A stretch of DNA of 64,000 bases from Octopus sinensis. Lineage: Eukaryota. Both the position numbers and the translations under genes were made by a program. Positions 40,646-52,259 of the stretch are shown piece after piece (position 1 is the first letter of the stretch; each line of letters begins with the position of its first letter). The notes under the pieces are model-generated. The model had not been told where the DNA came from. It saw nothing but the letters and a program-made list of their open reading frames with translations, and searched no databases. The stretch is taken from the NCBI RefSeq assembly GCF_006345805.1, contig NC_043003.1, positions 86,366,001-86,430,000 of the forward strand, read 5' to 3'.

Positions 40646-43140
40646 ATGGATTTTACAGGTAAGATAGAACCGCTGTTTTGGGATTCATCTTTGAAAGATA
40701 TTCCTATTCCTTCTAGAAAGGAATTTATCTTGAAACTTGTTAATAATGTTAAAGATTTTATTTCTAGAATTAAATGGAAAGCTTTTTACTATAATTTTTA
40801 TTTATTTAATGATATTGATAGTAGGAATGATAATTATACCTCTAAATTTAAATCTAGAAAGGAACCTCCATTTAATAAAGAATTACAATTACTTGAAGAT
40901 AGTATATGGAAGGTGGTAAAAAATATTGAATTCCATAAATACCCAAATAGAAATAATGAATATTTAAGGAATTTAGCAATTAAAATTAAAGATATGAGAA
41001 TTATGGATAGTATTATAGTACAATCTGATAAAACAAGGAACTTATATAAATTAGATGTTAAATTATATGATAAACTATTAGGGAAAGAAATAATTAAAAA
41101 ATATAAAATTGTTCCAGATGATATTCTTTATAATATTAATAAGGCCTCTAAAGTAGTAATGTTAAAATATGAGTTGGATAATAAAACTGAACCTTATGTA
41201 CCTCTGCACCCCAGAATTACTCTTAAAGACCATAAAGATAATTTTTATTCAGACCCTAAAGTTAGATTAATTTGCCCATGTAAATCGGACCTAGGTAAAT
41301 TAAGTAAATTTATTTTAGATAAATATATTGATAAGTTAAATAAACTTAATTATTTAAAATTATGGTTTAGTAATAATAATACATTGAAATGGTTTAATAA
41401 TATTAAAGATAAAAATCGTTATAAATTTATTCAAATAGATATAGATAATTATTATTCTTCTATTAATGAAATGTGTTTAATAAAGCGCTTATTTTCGCAA
41501 TGAATAAAGTGGGCATGTCACGGGAAGAAGTTAATGTAATTAAATTGGCTAGGAAATCGCTAATTAAATAAAAATAAATTATGGGCTAGGAATGATACTA
41601 GAGATTGTTTTGATATACCTATGGGAGCACCAGATTCTGCACAGGCTACTGATTTAGTAGGTATTTTTCTTTTATCTGAACTCCAATTAGAAAATCTTAA
41701 GATAGAGGGTGGTTTATATAGAGACGATCTTCTACTAGTTACAAAGAATTGTACTAATAGGAATCTAGAAGTATATAAGAAAAAACTATATAGTTTCTTA
41801 AAAGATATGGTTTACGTATTACTATATATAAGGAGAATTATAATGTTAATTATTTAGATGTTAATTTTAATCTTATTACAGGTAAAACACAACCATATCA
41901 TAAACTTAATGAGAACCTTAGATATATAAATGTTAATAGTAATCACCCATTTTCTATTAAAAAATCGTTGATTAATAATATAAGTAAACGTATTTCATTA
42001 CTCTCTTATGATATAGAGATTTTTAATAAACATGCTAATTATTATAATGAGGCCCTTAGAGGGGCAGGTTATAATAAGAATATTAAATTTTATAATATTA
42101 GCGATAATGATTTAAATGATAATTTTCGAGATACTTCTAATAATAATTATAATTTTGTTACGTTTAGTGGTAAAAATAATAGATATTATAAAAAAAATAA
42201 TAAAAATGATAAAAATATAAATAAGAATAATAATAATAATAATAAATATAATAATAATAATATAAATAAAAATAAATTTAATAATTATTATAATAATTAT
42301 ATTGATAAATTTAATAATATTAATAATTCCTTAAATGCTGTACATAGATATAATTCTGATAATAATTTTAAAAATAAAGAATTATAAATATATTTATAAT
42401 AATGATAATAATAATAAGGTTAATAAGAATAAAATTTGGTTAATAGTTCCTTATGGAGATCAAGTTAAAACGAATATTATTAAAGAGATTTTAGATGTTA
42501 TAGAACTATTTATTAGAGATAATCGTAAATATAGAAACATTTTCTCTTTTAATAATTTTGGAGTTGGTTACTCTACCACTAATAATGTTGGTAACATTAT
42601 TTCTTCATTTAATAAATATAAACTGAATAATTTTTATAAAAAGAAATTATTTGATAATAATATAATAATGATAAAACTTATATTAATTGTACATGTAGAG
42701 ATAAATCTAATTGTATATTAAATAATAATTGTGATATTAACGATGTAGTGTATAAATGTATAGTTACATTACATGATAATAACTTTAAGAATAATAATTA
42801 CAATAAAGCGGTTTATATAGGTTCTACTTCCTCAAAAATAAAACTAAGAATTGCACAACATATGAATTCTTTTAAAAATAAAAACTTAATCAACTCAACC
42901 GGACTTAGTAAGTATATTTGGAGTCTTAAATCACTAAATATTAATTATAGTTTAATATGGGAAATAATTTGTAAAACTAAATCATATAATATAGGAGCTA
43001 ATTGTTGTTATTTATGCTCTAATGAGTTTAAAGAAATTTTATTTTATAAGTATGATAATTTACTTAATACTGGGGAGGAGCGCAAAATAAAATGTAGACA
43101 CAAGTTACTTTACTTATATAATAAGTTTCATGATAAATAG
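40646..43140 (+). CDS. PLE polyprotein (~830 aa reconstructed): N-terminal domain, reverse transcriptase, linker, GIY-YIG endonuclease; five frameshifts in this assembly
   Basis: SLKDIPIPS, QSDKTRNLY, RITLKDHK..PKVRLICPCKSDLGKLSK, FIQIDIDNYYSSI (motif A), FDIPMGAPDS (B), GLYRDD (C), YLDV, NSNHP, CTCRDKSNC..NC..VVYKC..VYIGST..RIAQH..STGLSKYIW..CYLC. Shifts at ~41478, ~41570, ~41797, ~42375 and ~42660. Confidence 0.9.
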
Positions 43141-46100
43141 CAATAATAGTTCCCTTTTAGGTTATTTTAGTTTAGTTTAAATTAGTTTAGATGATATATT
43201 TTGGTTATGTTGTCTAGGATTTAATTATAGTTAGTCTTTATTGATATTTCTTTGTTTTAATTAGTTCATTTTTAATGTATATTAATTTAGCAGTTTATGG
43301 TACGTTAAAACTTTAATAATTTATATTAGATTTTTTTATTTTTTTATTTTTATTTTTATTTTATTTATTTTATTTTATTATGTATTTTTATTTTGCATTT
43401 GTTATATGTATTTTGAGGATATATTTATATGTTTTGGGTGTTATTTAGTGGTGTTTTTATTGAGTTTTGTATGTATGTGTGAATGTTTAAGATCCCTTTG
43501 TTTTTTGTTTTTTATTTGTAGGTTGAATTGACAGATTTTATTTGGGTATTGTCTTTTATAATAAAGTACACACCCATAACAATTATAAGTGCCAACTTCA
43601 TTCGTTGTACTTGGGTTTGCATGTGAGCCTCAGCATTTGCACCTAACGGCCACTCCAGCCCCACATGGATAAATAAACACATACATCCCCAACCACCATC
43701 ACAAATGAAACCCACACCCATACAATGACAAAACTCCCCCATACCCTATTTACACCTACATAGTAATCCCAATATATTCTTCCATACATGGACGCAAGTG
43801 CGTGAAGCACATGAACATAATTAGTACGTACAACCCCTAATACACACTAATATATACGTATCAAGCTCGACCTCCACAGTGATAAGTTTACACACAATCA
43901 CACCCAGATGGGTGAATTGCACAACCAGTGAATGCTCACACATACGGCGCGATTACATTGTTGCATATATCGAGCCAAAATAGTATGCATATGTACATGT
44001 GAGGGGTACACGTAAATGAAGTGAGCGTGTACCCCCTGTATTTATACCCGTGCGTGAATATACACATGGAGACTACCACACAGGTACAGTGTGTTTAGAG
44101 ATGGGAGCCCCATCGCTGCACTTAATGTATACTCTCACCCATCCGCACGGATGTGTAATTGTATCTCCGGTGTATATGTTGAGGCTTATATGTAGAGTTG
44201 TTGAAGGGAACGTCGTTGAAATTGTGAATGAATGGGTAGAGTTAGAGTTGGAATTGTAACCGTGTGGTGGACTAGTGTTGCTTGGAATTGTGAATGGATT
44301 AGGGTGGTAATGAGGTAGGCATTGAGTATGGGTTACTGTAAGTTGTTTGTTAGAGTTGCTAGGGTGAGCTAAAGCTCATAAATGTATATAATTGATTTTT
44401 CATGATAGTTTTTAAAGAATCCATTCATAATAAATTTTTTTAAGTAGCGTTGGTTTGCTACGTGGAAATAGTTTTTAGTTCCATTTATTATATTTATCCA
44501 TTCATACTATGAATGACGTTTACTTTCTATGGCGCGTATTCTTTTTTTACATTAGTTATTTCCATGGTAACGTAATTTTGTTTGGTTTTTTAACGGCTAA
44601 AAATCTAATTTCACTTCATAATTTGTAACTGAATTGTAAGTATGTATTTGATTTATCCTTATGTCATAATGTTATTTTTGATATTCTGGTTAATTACGAT
44701 GATGTATTTATTGTTGTTTTCATAAGAGTGTTTATGTATATGAGATTGGTTGTGAGTTTTTAATTGTATAATTAATTTATTTATCTGTATGAGTGTGGGT
44801 GTAAATATTGTTGTATATATCGAGTTTTAGTGAGTATGTATATGCGTATATGTGAGGGAGCATATGTATCTGTTGTGTGTGTGTGTTTTGCGTGTGTGTG
44901 TGTTGTTGTGTGTGAATGTGTATTTGGGTTTGTTATTTAGGATTTGGGATGTATGTGTTAATTTGTCTGTGTGGGGAGGGAGTGGTTTTTGGTGTATATT
45001 GAGGTTTATAAGTTAGTATAGGTTTGTGTATAAGTTTGGGTCTGTGGTTTACGTGTGGGGTTTTTGTGTGTGAATGTTTAGGTTAGGGGGATTGCTATAT
45101 AAGTTTGTTATAGGGTTTAGCAAAGGGAGATTTTATCGTTATATGCTTTTATGAGTTTTGGTTTATCATGGTTTTTTTTTTTTTAGGTAATTCGTGGTAT
45201 TTTGTCTATTTTAGGTGTTGGTTATTTTTTTACATTGTTTCATTCATAATTTTTGAGTGGTGTTCGTTTTGCCACGTGAATAACCGGGTGGTGGACTAGC
45301 GTTGCTTGGAATGTGAATGGAATAGTGTAGTAGTGAGGTAGGCATAGAGAATGGGATTGGGTTACTGCAAGTTGTTTGTTAGAGATGCTAAGGTGAGTTA
45401 AAGCTCATAAATGTATATAATGTTTTTTGTGGGTGTGTAAGTATTGTTGTATATGTCGAGTTTAGTGAGTATGTATAGGCGTATATGTGAGGGAGTATAT
45501 GTATCTTTTGTGTGTGAGTGTTTTGCGTGTGAGTGTGTGTTTGTGTGTGAATGTGTATATGGGTTTGTTATTTAGGTTTTGGGATGTATGTGTTAATTTG
45601 TCTGTGTGGGGAGGGAGTGGGTTTTGGTGTATATTGAGGTTTATAAGTTAGTATAGGTATGTGTATAAGTCGTGAGTCTGTGGTTTACGTGTGTGTATTT
45701 GTGTGTGAATGTTTAGGTTAGGGGGTTTACTTTATAGGTTTGTTATAGAGTTTAGCAAAGGGAGATTTTATCGTTATATGTTTTTAAGAGTTTTGTTTTA
45801 TCATGGTTTTTTTAGGGAATTCGTGGTAATTAGTCTATTTTCGATATGGATTATATAGGTTATATATGGATTATATACTTATATTTTTTCATTTATACTT
45901 TAATTATTTAAAAGTATTATTTTTATATTTTAAAATTTTGATTTTTTAGATTGGAAGTCCACCTGAAGATTGTCGATCAAGACAAGAAACGATTGTAGTG
46001 GCGGTTTTTTTTTTTGACTATTTATTAAATTTTATGTATTGATTAAGTCTTTCCTTGTTTGTTTTGCAAAATAGTGGTTTTGTCTCAAATAATATTTTAT

Positions 46101-46179
46101 AATATTACTATAAAATTGGATTTAATCCTAAATCTGATTTTTTTTCCCTGTAAATTTGGATATATTCCCTAATATTTAT

Positions 46180-46181
<2 letters not shown>
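42846..46181 (+). repeat. Downstream pLTR (3' end of ORF plus ~3-kb G/T-rich 3' region)
   Basis: Direct copy of 37266-40590; ends TATATTCCCTAATATTTATT followed by (AT)n. Confidence 0.9.
45959..46001 (+). ncRNA. Minimal type I hammerhead ribozyme (downstream pLTR)
   Basis: Helix I CCAC/GTGG; CTGAAGA 45963-45969; helix II TTGTC/GACAA; GAAAC-GATT-GTA; predicted cleavage after 45997. Confidence 0.82.
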
Positions 46182-46210
<29 letters not shown>

Positions 46211-48456
46211 TAAAGTAGTTCTATTCGGCTCAATGTGACTTACAATTTCGTGAGCTTCTAGTAGAAGCTAACTCTTTCGGGATTAGATTACCGAATCTCT
46301 GTATGCGTGTGAGTGTGTGTGTATGTGTGTGTTTCTGTGTATGTGTGTGTGTGTGCGTGCGTGTGTGCGTGTATCTATAAATAACTACTGATTTTATGAA
46401 CCCTATAAACAAAGCAAGACAAGTGTTACTTTTTTAAGATGCCAATCAAGTCTCATGCAGCAGTACAGCTTCCTTAGCTAAACCTTTGAGAGATCAATAT
46501 ATCACGGAATATATTTAAAAACGGTTTCTCACAGTATTTCAAAATTACACATAGGAAAAGATCACGCCAATAAAATATCAATGTCAGTAATAGATACGAT
46601 AAAAGAAATATACAAAATATAAATAAATGGTACCACCATAAGAGTTATATCGATCAGAAACAAATTTAAAGTGCTTATGTCTGAGTGTCTATATGCATAC
46701 ATTCCTATATAAAAGCATAAAGATCTATCTTATCTATCTTATCTGTTTTATATATACATACATATATACATATACACAGTCACACACATATATACATACC
46801 ACAAAAACATACAAACTTATACATACACAGACATCTACATACATAGACATATGAACACACGGAAACATATACGTATATATTCTGTGTGTATATATTCTGT
46901 GTATATATTCTGTGTGACACTTATTTGTAGAGTCTTAATTATCACTCTTTACTCTCTTCAAACGAGTTGAAAGGCTTTTAATTCTTTCAGCTCCCCACGG
47001 CAGCGAATATGCTAACACAAAAAATTAAAAGATATGCAATGTTTGTGTTATGTGCTAAACACCCGCTTTTGAGGAACAGAAAACTTTCTAAATATCGTAA
47101 AATCTTTTGTACAGAAAGTGCAGATGGTGTTGAAAGCCTCTGGCAGGAACGTTTCTATTGTATCAATATAATTCACCAAACAGGTTCAGAATGTTATTGA
47201 TTATGAACGCAGAAAAGCAACGACATTAATCACCAAAGAAAATCATGTGCCGGCTAGGATTATCAGAACTGTGGTGCCCGAGGTGATACGACACAAGCTG
47301 TATGTAGTGAGGAGAAGTAAATTTTCTCGAGTCTGTAAAGACACGAGAAAACCATTTGATCCGTGTCAAGTACCTACTTAACAGGGTTGAAAACCTTCAG
47401 TAACATGTCATGCTTTGGCCCTTTTCAGAAAAGAAAAACTTCGACCACGACTGTATACATACATATCCACACACACACACACAACATATATATATATATA
47501 TATACAAAACATTCATAGATGTATTCGTGTCTTGACAACCAGTGGTAATGTTCATTATTTACATTTCACGGATATTTGTCCTCATCTTGTTTATATTCCC
47601 CAGCCTTCATCAGGTGTCTTGGGAAAATTTCGAACCTAAGGTATTTTTCGTTGTTGTTGGGGTTAGTAGCCGGCGCTCTTAACCACTACGCCATATGCCC
47701 GTGGGTAATTATTGAATGGATTTTAGGTCGTATAAATCTAATATAAGTATCGATCGTGATATACACCACACATAAATGATCAAGATCAATAACAATCTAT
47801 TAAGCAACAACTACCCCCAAAACATACTGCCCACTCCAATTATGAAGAAAAGAGAGGATAAAACCAATAAAGTCTCCACAATCTGTCTACCCTGCGTGAA
47901 AGACTTCTGGTAAAATATACAAAAGATATGCAGCCCATATGACATCAGGACAGTATTCAAAAGTAATACAACACTTCGCAAATATCTCCTTCGAGTAAAA
48001 CCACCAATAGGAGAGAATATGATAAAAGACTGTGTGTACTCCGTCCCATGCAGCTGTGGTAGGTTATACAAAGGCGAAACATGCCGCCCCCTCAAAATAA
48101 GGGTAGACGAACATCGCAAAGCTGTGACACGATGGGATATTGCTAAATCGATTATAACGGATCATTTATGGGGGAAAAAATGGAGACCACCTCCTCTATG
48201 GGATGACGTTAAAGTAATAGACAGAGAACGCCACTGGAAAATACGAAAACTAAAAGAAGCAGCACACATACTAGGACACAACAACCTCCTAAGCAGACCG
48301 AGTGCAGATATGAGTAGCATATGGGAACCGGTATTGATGAAGAGGTTTCATCCTCTCTTTTCTTCATAACTGGAGTGGAGAGTATGAACCGGTGTTAAGG
48401 AAGGATAGGAGAATATTAGATTTATAAGCCCTAAAATTCACTCCATAATTACCCAT

Positions 48457-48514
48457 GGGCATATGGCGTAGGGGTTAAGAGCGCGGGCTACTAACCCCAA
48501 GATTCCGAGTTCGA

Positions 48515-48516
<2 letters not shown>
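48457..48516 (+). promoter_or_regulatory. tRNA-like Pol III (A/B box) head inside the PLE pLTR
   Basis: GGGCATATGGCGTAGGGGTTAAGAGCGCGGGCTACTAACCCCAAGATTCCGAGTTCGA; the inverted copy reads TGGCGTAGTGGTTAAG (A box), and GAGTTCGA is B-box-like. Confidence 0.6.
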
Positions 48517-48547
<31 letters not shown>

Positions 48548-48631
48548 GAAGAAGAAGAAGAAGAAGAAGAAGACGACTCAACATCGAAAAAATACCTTGA
48601 GAATGAGAACCCAGGTTCGAAATTTCCCCAA

Positions 48632-48677
48632 GACACCTGATGAGGGCTAGAGGGTATATCAGCCGAAACGTTGTGTT
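48632..48677 (+). ncRNA. Minimal hammerhead ribozyme with palindromic helix III
   Basis: GACAC-CTGATGA-G-GGCT..AGCC-GAAAC-GTT-GTGTT; AACGTT palindrome; helix I GACAC/GTGTT. Confidence 0.7.
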
Positions 48678-50379
48678 AACAACAAAGAAGATGAGGATAA
48701 ATAGTCGTCAAATGTAAGTAATATAGATAATGTACATAATCTTCCTCTCTTAAATATAGAACTGTTATAATATTGATTTTTTTCTAACATTACTCTTCAT
48801 CAGTGAAAAGAATAAATGAATTCAAGATAGTTTCTAAGTCAATAGCGCTTTTAAGAATGAACGAATAAAATATTTCCATATATGCGTTCCAATTTTTGAA
48901 TATATATTGATGATAAACATTGATTTATATCAGTTAGCTTTCATTTCATACAACGCCTGTAGTCTCTATTTCAGGAGACATAATGACAGTATTTCATAGA
49001 GAATCTAATTAGTGATAAAAAGATATTTGTATATGTACATCCAAATATACACTTGTGTCTGTCTGTGTGTGCGCGCGTGCGCAATGTCTGTGTGTATGAG
49101 AGAGAGAGGAAAGTGTGAAGGAGGGTGATAGTGTCTGAGTGACGTGCATCGGTTCCTGTCTTCCTGTTTTTGAAAGAGCTGCTCTGTTATTTTGCATCAA
49201 TTTGCCACACTGAAGTTGAACCTTTGTTATAGTACAAACTGCAGGCAAAGTTTGTAACGGTTGGTTTTAAAAAACTAGATAGCAACAAGTCAACATCTCT
49301 GTTAGATGTCACGTTCCTTCTCCTTCTTCGATCTGTTCTAAAATTAGCGCACACGGAATATCTGTCATGGATGGTCTTTAATTCGCTCATCGACGCTTTT
49401 CCATCAGTATCACACAATATACAGCGATCAGGGTATATGAAACATCACATTTCACATGAACGGGACTCAACTTTAGTCCTCTGAATATTCCATTATCCAT
49501 CATAAACTAGTCGCGCTCCAACTGTCATAAAGGCTCACGCTACCCTGTACATTTATTTGACCAACATCAACTGACGTGTTTTGGTATCGTGTCCCAACCC
49601 TGTGACGGCGCATTTCGGATCAATCAGGAGACGAACTCGATTGGTCTCCATCTGGTTAATGACTGACTCTGAATAGCCGTCGCAGTCAGATTTGCACTTC
49701 AGGAGTGTCAGCAACACAGATGCCATAGCTAATCTACAGTAGACATTTTCGGAGTCTATCGAGTAATGTGCTGCTCCAACGCCAATTACTTTTCTCGGTA
49801 TTCCTCACATATCATTATATAGCGTTTGGAAGCAGGTAATTTCTATTGCACTTAAAGTCGAAGAAATTAGACCAAGAGAACAGCAAAAGACAAAATGGTA
49901 ACGTAATCTTTCCGTCCAAGGCGAGCAGTCTGTAATTTCTCCTCCCACTTGCTACCGGTTGCTCCCGTAACCCGATATTTTTTACTTTCAAACTTGTAGC
50001 AATATAAAGATCCACTGACCCGAGTCCACATATTCATATTCATATACTCCCACATACCCCACCTCTTCCCCACCTTCAGCCTACCTACATACCCCCCTCT
50101 ATCTCCACACTCCACCCTTGCTTTCTCCCACTCTCGCCTCCCTCACATCCCAACACCATCACACCGCACCACACATCACTACATCATACATCACCATACC
50201 ACGCAACACCACATCACATCACATCACCAAGCACACACTAGCACTAACCACTTCTCAGCCCCACATCCACACACCTACATACACACACACGCACACGTCA
50301 AGGTCACCAACCCTCTTCCACACTCACATACATGCTCTCTTATACACACGCACCTTCATTTTGGGATCACCACTACTTT

Positions 50380-50600
50380 ATTATCTCCCCTCCTTCCTGT
50401 ATGACCCCTTTGTCAGGCATTTGCCATGATAGATCGCTACCTACTACACATTCTTTATTTTCACTCCTTGATTCTTTCTGTGAAAGAACGTAAGCTCGAA
50501 ACGTTAAAAATTTTCCCACTTCTCGAGCGTTTAACTAATACATCTGTTTGTTTTCTGCACCACCTGTCTTCGTCTTTTGCTTTTTTTGTGAATTCTCCCC
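50380..50600 (+). mobile_element. Probable PLE 3' end/pLTR remnant after a CA-rich tail
   Basis: TTCTTTCTGTGAAAGAACGTAAGCTCGAAACGTTAAAAA contains a GAAACGTT half-hammerhead; ends in (AT)n. Confidence 0.45.
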
Positions 50601-50601
50601 C

Positions 50602-50644
<43 letters not shown>

Positions 50645-52259
50645 ATGTGATGTTTGCAAAAGGTTGTCTTTCTATTTTAGGGTTCCAAAACGTAAATTTT
50701 AGTTACATAACATAAATAGCGATTCCTTCCAGAAATATGCAACGTGTATAGAGTGAAGGTTTCAAAGTTAGAAATAAATGAAATGCAATAAGTGTAATGG
50801 TCTGTCAAAAATAACAGGATCCTTTCTTGAAATACTTATACTGGAATTTCATTACTTTCGCATGAGTAAAAATATAATATTCAAACTTACAAGTATATTC
50901 TTCGGTACGATATCTTCCGAGTTGTAAAATTCTTGTATTAATGTGATAAAACGTAACAAAATAATTCCCCGTTAAAGCTATTCATTAAAATGATTAAAGC
51001 GATCTGGAATATGTATTGCACGGCATATAAAAGAACAGCTTTATTCACTCCCCAACAAAAACAACCTTTCACGCCAGTAACCTTCCAAAAGCAAGGCCAC
51101 GCGGGAATTTGCACATTTCGTTCATTAGAAGACGTGATTGGCAACAAAGGAGAGCTGAATTATTTTTTTTGTGGATGAAAAATATTAAAACTGTGTATTT
51201 TCTTCACAAGTATCATTAAATCTAATATACGTAAGACACAGCAGCTGAATACTGTTAACATTTTATAATGACAAGCGTAAGAGCAACAGAAGATTTTAGG
51301 AAATCACAACATCTCTTTGTGTTCATAGCTTCAGGATGTTCACAGTATCACTAGCAATTACAAAAATTAAACTGGTATGATATGATATAGCAGGTGCAAA
51401 TTGTAAAAGAAAAATTACTTATTGGATGAATGATCATTAGCATAGTCTGAGTCGGCTCATTCAGTTGATTTATCATAGAATATCATGTAAATTAAAAAGA
51501 GGAAGGTCACTCGTATGTGAACGATATGGTCGTGTATAAGTGATACTTAACTTGAAAGCAGTAAAATGTTAATAACCCAACAGACAGTTCTGTAGCAGCA
51601 GGAGAGAGCAAAGTATAACGTAATCAATCATGTTACTTTATTTCATTCTTTGGTTGTTCTACTTTTGTCGTAGGAGCTGTAGAATAAGAGGTAACACAAC
51701 TACAGGAAGACTAGAACGTAGTTTCAATCAACATTTGAGTCTATTTCACCTGAATGTTGGTGATAATGTTTTTTTTCTTTCCACGAATTACGTGCATAAA
51801 TTTCCCATCTCGAAAATGCAACGCTTCCGTTCTTAGTCTAAATGAAAATCAACTTTCCTTACATTTAAATTTTTGATGAGATCATCCCTTTCCAAAAGTT
51901 TTCACCAGTAAATAGATCGCACACCATATTAATAAAATGTTTAATGTAAAATGAAGTCTTCTTTTTAACGAACAATATCGTTACAAGCCTTAGAGACACC
52001 ATTTGCCAGAAGTATTGTGACATGTAATTTTGTTAAGATATTAAAGCAGGAAACGAGAAACAATTACGTAAAATGTATCGACTTGAGCAGAGAATATAAT
52101 TATACTACTACAGGAAAATACCAATAAAACTACTCCCTAAGAATTTAAGACTATATCGTAAAAAGAAATTAGAAACACGAGATTGTCAAAATATTTCCCA
52201 TCTCACACACATTGGAAACACCCACAATGCCGTGTTGGTGAGGGGAGTTGAGCGCTCAT

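Larger units (their letters stand above)
34943..46181 (+). mobile_element. Young Penelope-like retroelement insertion (probably Naiad clade): inverted pLTR + direct pLTR + ORF + pLTR
   Basis: 34943-37265 = reverse complement of ~43788-46100; 37266-40590 = direct copy of ~42846-46181; RT/GIY-YIG ORF between; (AT)n at both ends; hammerhead in each repeat. Confidence 0.92.
47553..48764 (+). mobile_element. 5'-truncated Penelope/Poseidon-type PLE with inverted 5' pLTR (47553-47744) and 3' pLTR (48413-48764)
   Basis: TICLPCV...DIRTVFKSNTTLRKYL, CVYSVPCSCGRLYKGETCRPLKIRVDEH...SIITDHLW...RKLKEAAHI (GIY-YIG). The left flank is a deleted reverse complement of the right pLTR. Confidence 0.88.

Noticed and set aside
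40646-40665. Splice donor ACAG|GTAAGA just after the PLE ATG
   Set aside because: The frame continues uninterrupted into the conserved SLKDIPIPS motif, so no intron is needed.
43995-44045. SECIS-like hairpin (some Naiads are reported to encode selenoproteins)
   Set aside because: A 5' TGAG is present but the 3' side lacks the matching GA of the quartet, and the reconstructed ORF needs no in-frame TGA.
44250-45760. Telomere-like TTAGG/TTAGGG words in the G/T-rich pLTR
   Set aside because: They are isolated words, not tandem arrays, and the element has an endonuclease and an interstitial (AT)n site.
49140-49810. 76-aa minus ORF and a weak RTE-like C-terminal resemblance on +
   Set aside because: No convincing motif set or splice signals on either strand.
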